47,318 nt of DNA from a virus (Duplodnaviria > Heunggongvirae > Uroviricota > Caudoviricetes). Both the position numbers and the translations under genes were made by a program. Positions within the stretch are counted from its first letter, which is position 1, and the number at the start of each line of letters is the position of its first letter. Location of the stretch: positions 1 through 47,318 of IMG/VR virus record IMGVR_UViG_2675903417_000001; one strand, 5' to 3'. The notes below the pieces were generated by a model, which made no database searches, was not told where the DNA came from, and saw nothing but the letters and a program-made list of their open reading frames with translations. Positions 19,883-29,258 of this stretch are shown in pieces.

Positions 19883-20320
19883 TCATCGAAGGCATTGCGT
19901 CCTGATGTATTCCTGCAGGTAGTTAACCTGCGCGGTTATCCTGTCGATTCCACTTCTGAGACGGTAATAATTGAGTTCAGCATCTGCTGTAAGTCTTGGG
20001 CTTTCTCCATCGCCCATGCTGCTGGCTCCGGTCGTTGACTTTGCACAGGTGGCGGCGACTTGCAGGCGCTTACGCCCAGCAGAAACATCAGCACGGAGGC
20101 TTTCGATAGTCGCGTTAGCATCAGCAAGCTCCTTTGTGTATCTGGCGTCAAGTTCTGCTACATCACGTTGACGCTTCTGCATGTCAGCGATTGTGGATGT
20201 GGCTTTATCGCGCTGCTCTTTGTAGGCGATTGCATTATCACGGTAATGATTAACAGCCCATGACAGGCTGACGATGATGCAGATAACCAGAGCGGAGATA
20301 ATCGCAGTTACTCTGCTCAT
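19883..20320 (-). CDS. Rz: i-spanin Rz
   Basis: 145-aa ORF after endolysin; N-terminal TM then coiled coil; overlaps R stop. Confidence 0.85.
   Translation of the reverse strand: MSRVTAIISALVICIIVSLSWAVNHYRDNAIAYKEQRDKATSTIADMQKRQRDVAELDARYTKELADANATIESLRADVSAGRKRLQVAATCAKSTTGASSMGDGESPRLTADAELNYYRLRSGIDRITAQVNYLQEYIRTQCLR
19936..20121 (-). CDS. Rz1: o-spanin Rz1 (lipoprotein) embedded in Rz
   Basis: +1-frame ORF inside Rz; from Met11: signal peptide '[20 protein letters not shown]' with lipobox, Pro-rich mature part. Confidence 0.7.
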   Translation of the reverse strand: MLTRLSKASVLMFLLGVSACKSPPPVQSQRPEPAAWAMEKAQDLQQMLNSIITVSEVESTG

Positions 20321-20793
20321 ACCTCAATCTCTCTGACCGTTCCGCCAGCTTCTTTGAATTTTGCAATCAGGCTGTCAGCCTTATGCTCGAACTGACCATA
20401 ACCAGCGCCCGGCAGTGAAGCCCAGATATTGCTGCAACGGTCGATAGCCTGACGGATATCACCGCGATCAATCATCGGTAAAGCGCCACGCTCTTTAATC
20501 TGTTGCAGTGCCACAGCGTCCTGGCTTTTCGGAGAGAAGTCTTTCAGGCCAAGCTGCTTACGATAGGCATCCCACCAACGGGAAAGAAGCTGGTAACGTC
20601 CGGCTGCTGTTGATTTGAGTTTTGGGTTTAGCGTGACAAGTTTGCGAGGGTGATCGGAGTAATCAGTGAATAGCTCTCCGCCAACAATGACGTCATAACC
20701 ATGATTTCTGGTTTTCTGACGTCCGTTATCAGTCCCCTCTGACCACGCCAGCATATCGAGGAACGCCTTACGTTGATTATTGATTTCCACCAT
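20317..20793 (-). CDS. R: endolysin (lambda R-type lytic transglycosylase)
   Basis: 158-aa ORF matching lambda R as recalled ('[68 protein letters not shown]'). Confidence 0.9.
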   Translation of the reverse strand: MVEINNQRKAFLDMLAWSEGTDNGRQKTRNHGYDVIVGGELFTDYSDHPRKLVTLNPKLKSTAAGRYQLLSRWWDAYRKQLGLKDFSPKSQDAVALQQIKERGALPMIDRGDIRQAIDRCSNIWASLPGAGYGQFEHKADSLIAKFKEAGGTVREIEV

Positions 20794-21100
20794 CTTCTAC
20801 TCCGGCTTTTTTAGCAGCGAAGCGTTTGATAAGCGAACCAATCGAGTCAGTACCGATGTAGCCGATGAACACGCTCGTTATATAAGCGAGATTGCTACTT
20901 AGTCCGGCGAAGTCGAGAAGGTCACGAATGAACCAGGCGATAATGGCGCACATCGTTGCGTCGATTACTGTTTTTGTAAACGCACCGCCATTATATCTGC
21001 CGCGAAGGTACGCCATTGCAAACGCAAGGATTGCCCCGATGCCTTGTTCCTTTGCCGCGAGAATGGCGGCTAACAGGTCATGTTTTTCTGGCATCTTCAT
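20777..21100 (-). CDS. S: holin (lambda S-type, dual-start 'MKM')
   Basis: 107-aa ORF, '[34 protein letters not shown]', three TM segments. Confidence 0.9.
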   Translation of the reverse strand: MKMPEKHDLLAAILAAKEQGIGAILAFAMAYLRGRYNGGAFTKTVIDATMCAIIAWFIRDLLDFAGLSSNLAYITSVFIGYIGTDSIGSLIKRFAAKKAGVEDGGNQ

Positions 21101-21219
21101 GTCTTACCCCCCAATAAGGGGATTTGCTCTATTTAATTAGGAATAAGGTCGATTACTGATAGAACAAATCCAGGCTACTGTGTTTAGTAATCAGATTTGT
21201 TCGTGACCGATATGCACGG

Positions 21220-21254
21220 GCAAAACGGCAGGAGGTTGTTAGCGCAACCTCCTG
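21220..21254 (-). terminator. hairpin in late leader (candidate tR'-like terminator)
   Basis: 10-bp perfect stem CAGGAGGTTG/CAACCTCCTG with 6-nt loop, followed on minus strand by CCGTTTTGCC; about 125 nt upstream of S. Confidence 0.4.
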
Positions 21255-21402
21255 TCACCAGCTTTCACGAAGCCAGACATTGAGCTAGTTTTCTTTTATG
21301 CAAAGCAAAGCACACCGCACCGTAGCCACAGCGGATAAGGTGATTATTTTTGTCTGTCTGGTATTTGGTTTGATGTGCTTTCAGAAAGGCCGTGCTTAAA
21401 AC

Positions 21403-21432
21403 GCAAAAAGCCCCGAGCTATTAACTCAGGGC
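21403..21432 (-). terminator. candidate intrinsic terminator shortly downstream of pR'
   Basis: Minus-strand hairpin GCCCTGAG-TTAATAG-CTCGGGGC followed by TTTTT. Confidence 0.45.
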
Positions 21433-21465
21433 TTTATTTAACGAGTGCATTTATCCATCGTTGAG

Positions 21466-21497
21466 TCAAATTTACCCAATTTTATTCAATAAGTCAA
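21466..21497 (-). promoter_or_regulatory. late promoter pR' with overlapping qut region (lambda-like)
   Basis: Minus strand reads TTGACTTATTGAATAAAATTGGGTAAATTTGACTCAACGATGG immediately downstream of Q; matches lambda pR' as recalled. Confidence 0.55.
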
Positions 21498-21539
21498 TAT
21501 CATGCCGTTAATATGTTGCCATCCGTGGCAATCATGCTG

Positions 21540-22163
21540 CTAACGTGTGACCGCGTTCAAAATGTTGTCTGCGATTGACTCTTCTTTGTGGCATTGCACC
21601 ACCAGAGCGTCATACAGCGGCTTAACAGTGCGTGACCAGGTGGGTTGGGTGAGGTTTGGGATTAGCATCGTTACAGCGCGATATGCGGCGCTTGCTGGCA
21701 TTCTTGAATAGCCGACACCTTTGCATCTTCCGCACTCTTTCTCAACAACTCTCCCCCACAGCTCTGTTTTGGCTATATCAACCGCACGGCCTGTACCGTG
21801 GCAATCTCTGCATCTTGCCCCCGGCGTCGCGGCACTACGGCAATAATCCGCATAAGCGAATGTTGCGAGCACTTGCAGTACCTTTGCCTTAGTATTTCCT
21901 TCGAGCTTTGCCACACCACGGTATTTCCCCGATACCTTGTGTGCAAATTGCATCAGATAGTTGATAGCCTTTTGTTTGTCATTCTGGCTGAGTTCGTGCT
22001 TACCACAGAATGCAGCCATTCCAAATCCGGCTTGTGATTGCGCCATCCCCATAGCAGCCATCACATCAGTACCGGAAAGAGAGTCAGAAGCCGTGGCCCG
22101 TGGTGAGTCGCTCATCATCGGGCTTTTTGGCGAATGAAATTTAGCTACGCTTTCGAGTCTCAT
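21540..22163 (-). CDS. Q: late antiterminator Q (lambda-type)
   Basis: 207-aa ORF 'MRLESVAKFHSPKSPMMSDSPRATASDSL...' matching lambda Q as recalled; zinc-binding Cys cluster. Confidence 0.9.
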   Translation of the reverse strand: MRLESVAKFHSPKSPMMSDSPRATASDSLSGTDVMAAMGMAQSQAGFGMAAFCGKHELSQNDKQKAINYLMQFAHKVSGKYRGVAKLEGNTKAKVLQVLATFAYADYCRSAATPGARCRDCHGTGRAVDIAKTELWGRVVEKECGRCKGVGYSRMPASAAYRAVTMLIPNLTQPTWSRTVKPLYDALVVQCHKEESIADNILNAVTR

Positions 22164-22348
22164 CGTCTTCCCCTCTTGCCCTGTTTGACCATCAGGACGC
22201 CGTTAACTATTACATGACGCTCGCCTTTGCTGTCTCGGTTGTACTTGAGCACTGTTCCTCTTGCGCAGGAAAGCATCCTTGCCACTTTAGTCTGATTGCC
22301 TCGTGTCTGGATAAGAAGCTCTGGTATCGTTTGAATTGTGGCGTTCAT
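22160..22348 (-). CDS. ninH: NinH-like protein
   Basis: 62-aa ORF '...GNQTKVARMLSCARGTVLKYNRD...' resembling lambda NinH; position just upstream of Q. Confidence 0.55.
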   Translation of the reverse strand: MNATIQTIPELLIQTRGNQTKVARMLSCARGTVLKYNRDSKGERHVIVNGVLMVKQGKRGRR

Positions 22349-22707
22349 ACGTTCTCCAGTTCGGTGATTTTTATTCCAAGCCTTCCGCCTGGTACTTTCA
22401 CACCACGAATTACGCGAATGTCATCGAATTGCTCGTCGTCTTCCGCAAATCCGGCGTGGATAAGTGAGTCGAGTAAACCTTTCAGGATGTTATCGAGGTC
22501 GCGGCGGCGGGAGTCTGGAACGTCTGCGATTACTTTGATGCGGAGTCGTGATTTGGTGAAAATGTCTAACTTGAGTTGGCGGATGATTTTCTGAACGTCT
22601 TTTCGGTATTTCTGGCCTTTATCGCTGATGTAGTATTGGCTTCCCCGTCTTCGCCAGTAGGTATTCACCGATGGCGGGTACGGAAGCACAAACTGATATT
22701 CGTTCAT
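22345..22707 (-). CDS. rusA: Holliday-junction resolvase RusA
   Basis: 120-aa ORF; 'PYPPSVNTYWRRRG...DSRRRDLDNILKGLLDSLIHAGF' RusA signature. Confidence 0.85.
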   Translation of the reverse strand: MNEYQFVLPYPPSVNTYWRRRGSQYYISDKGQKYRKDVQKIIRQLKLDIFTKSRLRIKVIADVPDSRRRDLDNILKGLLDSLIHAGFAEDDEQFDDIRVIRGVKVPGGRLGIKITELENV

Positions 22708-22994
22708 GACTTAATCTTCCCCTCCTTCAGCAGTATCGCCTGCGTCCTGATCACGCCTTCGAGGTGGTAAAGTCTGGCGTCTTTGTTGTCGAGATTATGG
22801 GTGCGTCGGTCGATTTCATCGTGACACGCGCTACAAGCCCATGCGCCGATCAGGTCGTCAGGCTTCATTCCCGTTCCGCAAATTCCAGCCATCCGGTAAT
22901 GTGCCAGAACTGTAGTTTCAGGATTGCCATTGCATACGCCGTAAATACGTACCTGGCATTCTCTGCCGCGTGCTTCTTTGCGTAGATTAGCCAT
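22704..22994 (-). CDS. DUF1364-family protein (YbcO-like, Cys-rich)
   Basis: 96-aa ORF immediately upstream of rusA as in DLP12 ybcO-rusA; Cys cluster 'CQVRIYGVC...CSACH'. Confidence 0.55.
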   Translation of the reverse strand: MANLRKEARGRECQVRIYGVCNGNPETTVLAHYRMAGICGTGMKPDDLIGAWACSACHDEIDRRTHNLDNKDARLYHLEGVIRTQAILLKEGKIKS

Positions 22995-23716
22995 TAAGCA
23001 GCCTCCCCGGTTGCTTTCAGCATTCCGTTATCGAGCAGCTTTCTGGTCAGCCACTGTTGACCACGCCCGGTGATTTTTGTGGTGAACGATATCTGTATTC
23101 CGTGATTTGTGTTGACCGCTGTTTCTTTCACTGTGAAATAGCCGCGATCCATATATTCCTGCATTGGCACATTGCGCCGGGAACCTGAAGCAATAAGGAT
23201 TTTGTGATCGCGCATCCATGCAAACAGTTTGTTTGGACCAATACCAACAACCTTTGCATAGTTTCCAATCAAAATTCCGCTGGCCTCGCCAACTCGATCG
23301 GCAAACTCAACTTTAGGTGCGGCAATTGCGAGCTGGTTTTCCAGTTGCATTTTCTGCTCAGCAAGATCAGCAGCAAGGCGCAACGCTTCCGGTAACGTTT
23401 TGGGGATATTAACCGCAGTTTCTTCAAGCTCTCGCCAACGGTCAACAAGACGAGCGGTGAATTCCGGAGACAACTGGGCTACAACGACAATACTGTCTCG
23501 CTTTCCTTGTTCGCCTTCGAATACATACACACAAAAACTTTGATTTAAGCCTAACCCATTGATTCTTCCACAATCCTCAATTTGAGGAAGCCGGATAACA
23601 CCATTTTTAGCCAGCGTTTCGATGGTACGTTTCACATTGTCATGACGCTTACCAACCAACTCAGCGATTTCAATGCTTGTCATTTTGATGGCATTGCCAT
23701 TTATTAACTCATTCAT
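22994..23716 (-). CDS. phage antirepressor-like protein (Rha-like N-terminus + KilAC-like C-terminus)
   Basis: 240-aa ORF; N-terminal 'MTSIEIAELVGKRHDNVKRTIETL'; C-terminal region typical of KilAC/Ant domains. Confidence 0.65.
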   Translation of the reverse strand: MNELINGNAIKMTSIEIAELVGKRHDNVKRTIETLAKNGVIRLPQIEDCGRINGLGLNQSFCVYVFEGEQGKRDSIVVVAQLSPEFTARLVDRWRELEETAVNIPKTLPEALRLAADLAEQKMQLENQLAIAAPKVEFADRVGEASGILIGNYAKVVGIGPNKLFAWMRDHKILIASGSRRNVPMQEYMDRGYFTVKETAVNTNHGIQISFTTKITGRGQQWLTRKLLDNGMLKATGEAA

Positions 23717-23885
23717 CGTCTTCTTCCTCGTACATTGAGCTATTCGGATCGCTCATCAGTTCTGCGCAGCAATCGGAGCACACGTGAACTTCCAGCACAT
23801 GCAGCTTCTGACCGCAGTTAGCGCACGTTAAAGCTCGCTCGACGCTTTCTTTCTGGTATTGGAGGGATTGGGATGGGCTAAGCAT
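23709..23885 (-). CDS. small zinc-ribbon protein
   Basis: ORF 23709-23942; likely start at internal ATG 23885; 'CANCGQKLHVLEVHVCSDCC'. Confidence 0.35.
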   Translation of the reverse strand: MLSPSQSLQYQKESVERALTCANCGQKLHVLEVHVCSDCCAELMSDPNSSMYEEEDDE

Positions 23886-24279
23886 GGCTTTCACCATTAA
23901 AAAGTCGCTTGTAAGCATCAATGTCTCGTTTTGCTTCACCAAGCTTTCGTCTTAATTCCATGTTTTCTGATTCAAGTTTTTCCATGTCTTGTTGGTATCG
24001 ATCGCGGTGTTCTTTCCATGCTTTTCGATACGCCTTCATGTATGTCGTATTGGCCTTTCTCTTTGCCTGACGAACTGCGTGGTGGTTTTCCACAAACCAG
24101 TCAGGGTCGTTAAATGCTGCTCTGGCGCATGTATACCAATAATTTGTTGCCTCCCTGTTTAGCCAACAAATACTGATAAATGGCAACTGGATAGACACCA
24201 TTTTTCGTTGAGACTCTTTCTCGCCAAACATGTGCCCTTTTTTGATGCTAAGGCCAAATCCAGGTTGAATTAAAAGCAT
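23878..24279 (-). CDS. hypothetical nin-region protein
   Basis: ORF 23878-24321; likely start ATG 24279 with GAGGA 8 nt upstream, just after ninE stop. Confidence 0.4.
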   Translation of the reverse strand: MLLIQPGFGLSIKKGHMFGEKESQRKMVSIQLPFISICWLNREATNYWYTCARAAFNDPDWFVENHHAVRQAKRKANTTYMKAYRKAWKEHRDRYQQDMEKLESENMELRRKLGEAKRDIDAYKRLFNGESHA

Positions 24280-24281
24280 TG

Positions 24282-24458
24282 TCATTTCCTCGCACGATGT
24301 CTTAGCCACCGGATATCCCACAGGTGAGCCGTGTAGTTGAAGGTTTTTACGTCAGATTCTTTTGGGATTGGCTTGCGTTTATTTCTGGAGCGTTTCGTTG
24401 GAAGGTATTTGCAGTTTTCGCAGATGATATCGGTGAAACTTCGTCGCTGTCGCCTCAT
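24282..24458 (-). CDS. ninE: NinE
   Basis: From internal Met: '[51 protein letters not shown]' matches lambda NinE as recalled; start overlaps ninB stop (ATGA). Confidence 0.7.
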   Translation of the reverse strand: MRRQRRSFTDIICENCKYLPTKRSRNKRKPIPKESDVKTFNYTAHLWDIRWLRHRARK

Positions 24459-24895
24459 GCCGCCCTGTCTCCCCATCTCGCTTTCCACTCCAGAGCCAGT
24501 CGCGCTTCGTCTGACCACTTAACGCCACGTTCTGTACCGAATGCCTGTATAAGCTCTAATAGCTCCGCAAATTCGCCTACCCGCATCCTGCTGGTTGACT
24601 GGCCTATTACCACAAAGCCATTCCCGGCAAGGTTAGGAACAACGTCCTGCTGCTTTAAGGCTGCGGTAAACACACACTTCCAGCTTTCTGCATCCAGCCA
24701 GCGACCATGCCATTCAACCTGACGCGAGACGTCACCTAAGCAGGCCCATAGCTTCCTGTTTTGGTCTAAGCTGCGGTTGCGTTCCTGAATGGTTACTACG
24801 ATTGGTTTGGTTGGATCTGGAAGGATTTGCTGTACTGCGTGAATAGCGTTTTGCTGATGTGCTGGAGATCGAATTTCAAAGGTCAGTTTTTTCAT
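24455..24895 (-). CDS. ninB: NinB (recombination mediator)
   Basis: From Met7 (ATG 24895, GAGGGAAG upstream): '[57 protein letters not shown]' matches lambda NinB. Confidence 0.85.
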   Translation of the reverse strand: MKKLTFEIRSPAHQQNAIHAVQQILPDPTKPIVVTIQERNRSLDQNRKLWACLGDVSRQVEWHGRWLDAESWKCVFTAALKQQDVVPNLAGNGFVVIGQSTSRMRVGEFAELLELIQAFGTERGVKWSDEARLALEWKARWGDRAA

Positions 24896-24968
24896 GACTT
24901 CCCTCTCCCCCAAATAAAAAGGCCTGCGATTACCAGCAGGCCTGTTATTAGCTCAGTGATGTAGATGG

Positions 24969-25259
24969 TCATTGCCTTACCTCCATAAGCGCCCTATTAA
25001 TAAACGCCGTCATTGGATTTGCACATCCCCACCCCGTACCATCTGGATTTCTTTTAATTGGCTCCTTCTTCACTTTGCGTTTTGCATAAATAACCGTCTT
25101 CCACTTACGCTCAACAACACTCAAATACCCTTGTTTCACCATATGCCTTGCTGCTTGAGCGATTCTGTTATTTGGTATTCCGGTAATCAGAGCTAATTCA
25201 TGTGGGGAGAATTGTTCATGAGTTTTCAGATATTCCAGGATGATTTCTTTTCCAGTCAC
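24969..25259 (-). CDS. ren: Ren-like protein
   Basis: 96-aa ORF, N-terminal 'MTGKEIILEYLKTHEQFSPHELALITG' resembles lambda Ren; position after replication genes. Confidence 0.55.
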   Translation of the reverse strand: MTGKEIILEYLKTHEQFSPHELALITGIPNNRIAQAARHMVKQGYLSVVERKWKTVIYAKRKVKKEPIKRNPDGTGWGCANPMTAFINRALMEVRQ

Positions 25260-26101
25260 GATCTGCTCCTGTAACTATCCCATGTAAACGCAAGGGTGCA
25301 TCCGCCGCCATCATTCATCCTGTCAATAACACGCTCACCAATGAATGCAGACAGTTCATCTTTGCTCTGGTTGCTAATCAGGATTGTTGGCTTCATGCGC
25401 TCGTAGCGGGTGTTGATGATTTCGAACATGATCATCTTTTCCGCCTCGCTTCCAAACTGCACACCAACCTCATCGATAATTAGCAGGTCAGGTTTAGTGA
25501 ACTGTCGGATCACTTCATCCTCTGTGCGGGTGGAGTTTTTCGACCATGTTGATTTATATTCTCTGGCAATTTTCAGCGCCGTTGTGAAAATAGCTGAGCT
25601 TTGATGTTCCGTAATTGCGTGCCGGGCGATAGCCAGTGCAAGATGATTCTTTCCAGTACCAGGCTTTCCACACATAACCAGCCCACCGCCTTTCTGTAAC
25701 CTCTCAGGCCATTTGCTGGCGTATGCCTGACACACCCTGAGCACTCTCTTTGCATCGTCGTTGACTGGCTCGTAGTTCTGTAGTGTGCAACCCTTGAATC
25801 GTTCAGGAATATCAAGATTATTCAACAGAAACTCGACATTGCGCTTACGTGATTCCTCGTCGCTTTTAATCTTCTCCGCCTGTAGCCGAATAAGCTCATC
25901 TCTCATGCATTCCGGGCATTCGCTAGGTCTTGAGGCAAACTTAATTGGCCCAGTCGAGTAACGGTTACGCTGCTCAAACTCACCATGTTTTTCACAGATG
26001 CCAGTGCCAATTTCTACAGCTGTATGCTCGATAGCAATTGGCGGAGAACTCAATTCTGCAAGTTTTTTCTCCAGTTGGGAGATCTTTTCATCCAGCGTCA
26101 T
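25256..26101 (-). CDS. DnaC-like helicase loader (AAA+ ATPase)
   Basis: ORF 25256-26119; likely start ATG 26101 (2 nt after O stop); Walker A 'CGKPGTGKNHLALA', Walker B 'LLIIDEVG'. Confidence 0.8.
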   Translation of the reverse strand: MTLDEKISQLEKKLAELSSPPIAIEHTAVEIGTGICEKHGEFEQRNRYSTGPIKFASRPSECPECMRDELIRLQAEKIKSDEESRKRNVEFLLNNLDIPERFKGCTLQNYEPVNDDAKRVLRVCQAYASKWPERLQKGGGLVMCGKPGTGKNHLALAIARHAITEHQSSAIFTTALKIAREYKSTWSKNSTRTEDEVIRQFTKPDLLIIDEVGVQFGSEAEKMIMFEIINTRYERMKPTILISNQSKDELSAFIGERVIDRMNDGGGCTLAFTWDSYRSRS

Positions 26102-26103
26102 GT

Positions 26104-26979
26104 TCACTCCTGCGCCCATGAAGGCATTTCAGTTTGCCCGTAATCTTTGGCGGCAAAGTTTTCCTGCATAGCTCGCTGCTGCGGCCTCGGTTGAGATTTC
26201 CCCTTTGGAGTCTTGGGCTCAAAAATCCCCTGCCAACCACTGGCGATGCTCTGGTTTATAATTTCTTCAGGTGTATATCCCTTCTCCAGACTTCTGCTTA
26301 GAACGTTGATAGCCTGAGTAATACTTTGCTTAGACTTGATCGACTTACCTATCTCCTTGCGATAGGTAACCCACGACAACCATGTTTCTGCTGATAACCA
26401 ATCAGGCAACTCTGTTTCTAGCGGGTCGAACTTCTGAGAAACTTTTTTGGGGGATATAGGGGGTTTATTAATATTTTCTTTTGTCTTTAAAGAATGTCTT
26501 TTGTGTGTCTCTAACTTCGAGACATTGAGTGTCTCTAATTTGGAGACATTTTTTGTCTCTAACTTCGAGACAAAGTTGCTAACTTGGAGACACTTGCTGA
26601 ATTGCCACGCAGATACCTCACTGTTTACACCGATTTGATTTCCATCCATAAACAGGCAATTCATTGAAATCAGTTCTTTTTTAGCCTTGTTAACATTCTG
26701 CCTTGACAGTCCTGTTAACTGAGCAATTTGCTCATCGGCTATTCGATCTGTTTTCTTATTGAACCCATATGTTTTCCGGACGTAGGCCAGCATAACTTTC
26801 AACTGGCGAGCGGTTAAATCGGCACTTGCGATAGCTTCCAGCAGCTCGTTAGCGAATCTGGTGTAACCATCATCGATATCAGCCACTCTTCGCTCCTGTT
26901 CAACAGGTTCACTCTTCGGCAGGTAAAATACTTCAGCCAGGCTCATTTCCAACCTCCGCATCAAAGCATTGGGCTTCAA
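26104..26979 (-). CDS. O: replication initiator O-like protein (iteron-binding)
   Basis: 291-aa ORF upstream of DnaC-like gene; contains the ori iterons, encoded as 'VSKLETKNVSKLETLNVSKLET'; true start may be a later Met (26961 or 26946). Confidence 0.75.
   Translation of the reverse strand: MKPNALMRRLEMSLAEVFYLPKSEPVEQERRVADIDDGYTRFANELLEAIASADLTARQLKVMLAYVRKTYGFNKKTDRIADEQIAQLTGLSRQNVNKAKKELISMNCLFMDGNQIGVNSEVSAWQFSKCLQVSNFVSKLETKNVSKLETLNVSKLETHKRHSLKTKENINKPPISPKKVSQKFDPLETELPDWLSAETWLSWVTYRKEIGKSIKSKQSITQAINVLSRSLEKGYTPEEIINQSIASGWQGIFEPKTPKGKSQPRPQQRAMQENFAAKDYGQTEMPSWAQE
26506..26592. repeat. replication origin iterons inside O gene
   Basis: Four ~19-bp repeats TGTCTCTAACTTCGAGACA at 26506, 26530, 26554, 26577 (24-bp periodicity), each an inverted repeat (TGTCTC...GAGACA), with AT-rich tract 26461-26500 on the downstream side. 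Confidence 0.7.
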
Positions 26980-27577
26980 GAGACTTAACCATCACCACAC
27001 TGCCATCTGTATTAATAACTATCGATGAGTTATATTTGCTTATCAGTTGCTTCGCGTAATCAATTCCGGCGCGAATAAGGAAATTTTTCACCGCAGGAAG
27101 ATGACCAACTACACTACCCAGACCTTGCTCTATAAGCTCCTCATTAAGATCAAGCTCATTTTCATGGCGAAAAGAAATGAATGAGTCGTAAATTGCGTAT
27201 TCTGCCGTCTCGCCATTTCTTTCAGGGCCAACCAGCGCCCTTATTTCATTTAGAGATTCAGAAAGATCATTATCTTCAAGCTTGAAAAACTCTCGATTAT
27301 CACTAAGCCTCTCTTTTGCAAAGGCTTTATGAATGAGTTTTTCATCTGATGCGGGATTATTTGAATGAAAGGCTGCTATCACCTTAAATGGCTTAGGAAC
27401 GCCAGTAGAGGCTGAAATTTCTTTAGCCCTAACTTCTGGTGAATGCTTAGTCATCCCAATCTTATAAATTCCTGGCATACACTCATTCGAAAGCACATAA
27501 ACAAAGCCATTTGATTTAAAATCATCTGGCACCTTCATGCTCTTCAGAACCTGGAATTTGTCATTTTCGTATGTCAT
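26933..27577 (-). CDS. T5orf172 (GIY-YIG-like) domain protein
   Basis: 214-aa ORF; 'GFVYVLSNECMPGIYKIGMTKHSPEVRAKEISASTGVPKPFKV' fits the T5orf172/DUF1766 pattern; inserted between cII and O. Confidence 0.55.
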   Translation of the reverse strand: MTYENDKFQVLKSMKVPDDFKSNGFVYVLSNECMPGIYKIGMTKHSPEVRAKEISASTGVPKPFKVIAAFHSNNPASDEKLIHKAFAKERLSDNREFFKLEDNDLSESLNEIRALVGPERNGETAEYAIYDSFISFRHENELDLNEELIEQGLGSVVGHLPAVKNFLIRAGIDYAKQLISKYNSSIVINTDGSVVMVKSLEAQCFDAEVGNEPG

Positions 27578-27609
27578 AATGACTCCTGTGGATTGATCCA
27601 GTAATTACC

Positions 27610-27906
27610 TCAGAATTGCATATCAATTTGCTTAAAATCCTCGGTGGCGGCCGGGGATTTTTTCTTTGTGATTTCATCAAGCGCATACTTAAAAGCCCTA
27701 CTAATCGGACTGATGTCTGATGCCATTCCAAAAGCACACAAGACCGAAGCAATAAACCTCCAGTCCGTTCTGCTTATCTTCGATTCATGACAGCCAATCA
27801 TCTTTGCCAGACCGCGCTGGGTAAGCGTTGACAGGTTGATGAGTAAATCAGTTTCAGCGCGATCAATTTCTCGCTGTGTTGGCTTGCTGTAACTTGCTTG
27901 TGTCAT
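27610..27906 (-). CDS. cII: CII-like transcriptional activator
   Basis: 98-aa ORF; HTH plus C-terminal 'KKKSPAATEDFKQIDMQF' resembling lambda CII C-terminus; position downstream of cro. Confidence 0.7.
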   Translation of the reverse strand: MTQASYSKPTQREIDRAETDLLINLSTLTQRGLAKMIGCHESKISRTDWRFIASVLCAFGMASDISPISRAFKYALDEITKKKSPAATEDFKQIDMQF

Positions 27907-27991
27907 TTCTTAATATTTCCAATAGTGAATAGTTAGTTGAAAGGTATGCGTGGAAACGCATATGACCTTAGTTGGTCAGATATCTTGGGAC

Positions 27992-28037
27992 TCGCTTTGT
28001 CAGCGACGTAGGACGAATGTCCATTGTGAAAAGAGCG
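27992..28037 (-). promoter_or_regulatory. nutR-like site (boxA-like CGCTCTTT + boxB hairpin with GACAA loop)
   Basis: Immediately after cro stop on minus strand: CGCTCTTT (28030-28037 rc), then hairpin UCGCU-GACAA-AGCGA (27992-28006 rc). Confidence 0.5.
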
Positions 28038-28044
28038 GTGTTAC

Positions 28045-28272
28045 TTATGCAGCCAGAAGGTTCTTTTTGCTTATTTCAAGCATTTCGCTTGCTTGATATT
28101 TGCCACCAGAAATCTCTTCGATTTTTGATGCGTATTTCGTTTTCCCAAAAAACTCAGTCTTAGGGAGGAAGCCGTTTTTGAGCCACTTATAGACAGCCCT
28201 TTTGCTAACTCCACAAGCCTTCGCAACTTCAGGGATGCCGACACCTTTAATCGGCTCATCAAGATTTTGCAT
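28045..28272 (-). CDS. cro: Cro-like repressor (HTH)
   Basis: ORF 28045-28305; likely start ATG 28272 (AGGA 8 nt upstream); HTH 'IPEVAKACGVSKRAVYKWLKNG'; divergent from cI. Confidence 0.65.
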   Translation of the reverse strand: MQNLDEPIKGVGIPEVAKACGVSKRAVYKWLKNGFLPKTEFFGKTKYASKIEEISGGKYQASEMLEISKKNLLAA

Positions 28273-28350
28273 AGAGATATCCTTTTTCGTACTTTCAGTA
28301 CGCATTATGATTGAACTGAAAGTTTTTGCAAGTGCTTTAGTATCGTACTC
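28273..28350. promoter_or_regulatory. OR operator / pR-pRM region
   Basis: 78-bp divergent intergenic region with palindromes GTACTTTCAGTAC (28289-28301) and GAACTGAAAGTTT (28313-28325), 24 bp centre-to-centre; weaker AGTATCGTACT at 28339-28349. Confidence 0.6.
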
Positions 28351-29058
28351 ATGGTTCAGAATGAAAAAGTGCGCAAAGAATTCGCCCAGCGGCTAGCGCA
28401 AGCCTGTAAAGAAGCTGGTCTTGATGAACATGGTAGGGGAATGGCTATAGCCCGTGCCCTTTCTCTTTCGTCCAAAGGCGTTAGCAAATGGTTTAATGCT
28501 GAGTCTTTACCGCGTCAGGAAAAAATGAATGCGCTTGCGAAATTTCTAAACGTTGATGTTGTTTGGCTTCAGCACGGCACTTCGTTAAATGGAGCGAATG
28601 ATGAAGATACTCTTTCATTTGTTGGCAAATTAAAAAAAGGGTTAGTGCGCGTGGTTGGTGAGGCAATTCTTGGTGTTGATGGTGCCATCGAGATGACCGA
28701 AGAGCGCGATGGGTGGCTCAAAATTTATAGCGATGATCCAGATGCCTTTGGCCTTCGTGTGAAAGGAGACAGCATGTGGCCTAGAATAAAATCAGGAGAA
28801 TATGTACTCATTGAGCCTAACACCAAAGTATTCCCGGGTGATGAGGTGTTTGTCAGAACCGTTGAAGGACACAACATGATTAAGGTTCTTGGCTATGACA
28901 GAGATGGAGAATACCAATTTACAAGCATCAACCAAGACCACAGGCCAATAACGTTGCCTTATCATCAAGTAGCAAAGGTGGAGTATGTGGCTGGTATTCT
29001 GAAGCAATCTCGCCATCTGGATGACATCGAGGCAAGGGAGTGGCTGAAAAGTTCGTGA
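28351..29058 (+). CDS. cI: CI-type prophage repressor (HTH + S24 LexA-like peptidase domain)
   Basis: 235-aa ORF; N-terminal HTH, C-terminal 'GDSMWPRIKSGEYVLIEP' autocleavage motif. Confidence 0.85.
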   Translation: MVQNEKVRKEFAQRLAQACKEAGLDEHGRGMAIARALSLSSKGVSKWFNAESLPRQEKMNALAKFLNVDVVWLQHGTSLNGANDEDTLSFVGKLKKGLVRVVGEAILGVDGAIEMTEERDGWLKIYSDDPDAFGLRVKGDSMWPRIKSGEYVLIEPNTKVFPGDEVFVRTVEGHNMIKVLGYDRDGEYQFTSINQDHRPITLPYHQVAKVEYVAGILKQSRHLDDIEAREWLKSS

Positions 29059-29258
29059 CTTCATCGTCACATAGCTGATAGCCAGTGGCCTGAAGAGACG
29101 TTTGGGTGATGGGCAAGGTGTTCTGGTCGGCGCATAGCTGGTGAAAAAATTATTTAATGCGGTGTATTGGCTGATTGTAACCCCATGTAACATCTTGCCG
29201 TCACCATTTCGGTGGTTAGATTTTTAATAAAAAAAACAAATGTATAGCAAGGTTTTTT

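Noticed and set aside
26506-26592. Possible CRISPR array or minisatellite suggested by regularly spaced repeats
   Set aside because: Only four 19-bp repeats, each an internal palindrome, inside the O gene and next to an AT-rich tract; this is the classic lambdoid ori iteron pattern, with no cas genes or leader
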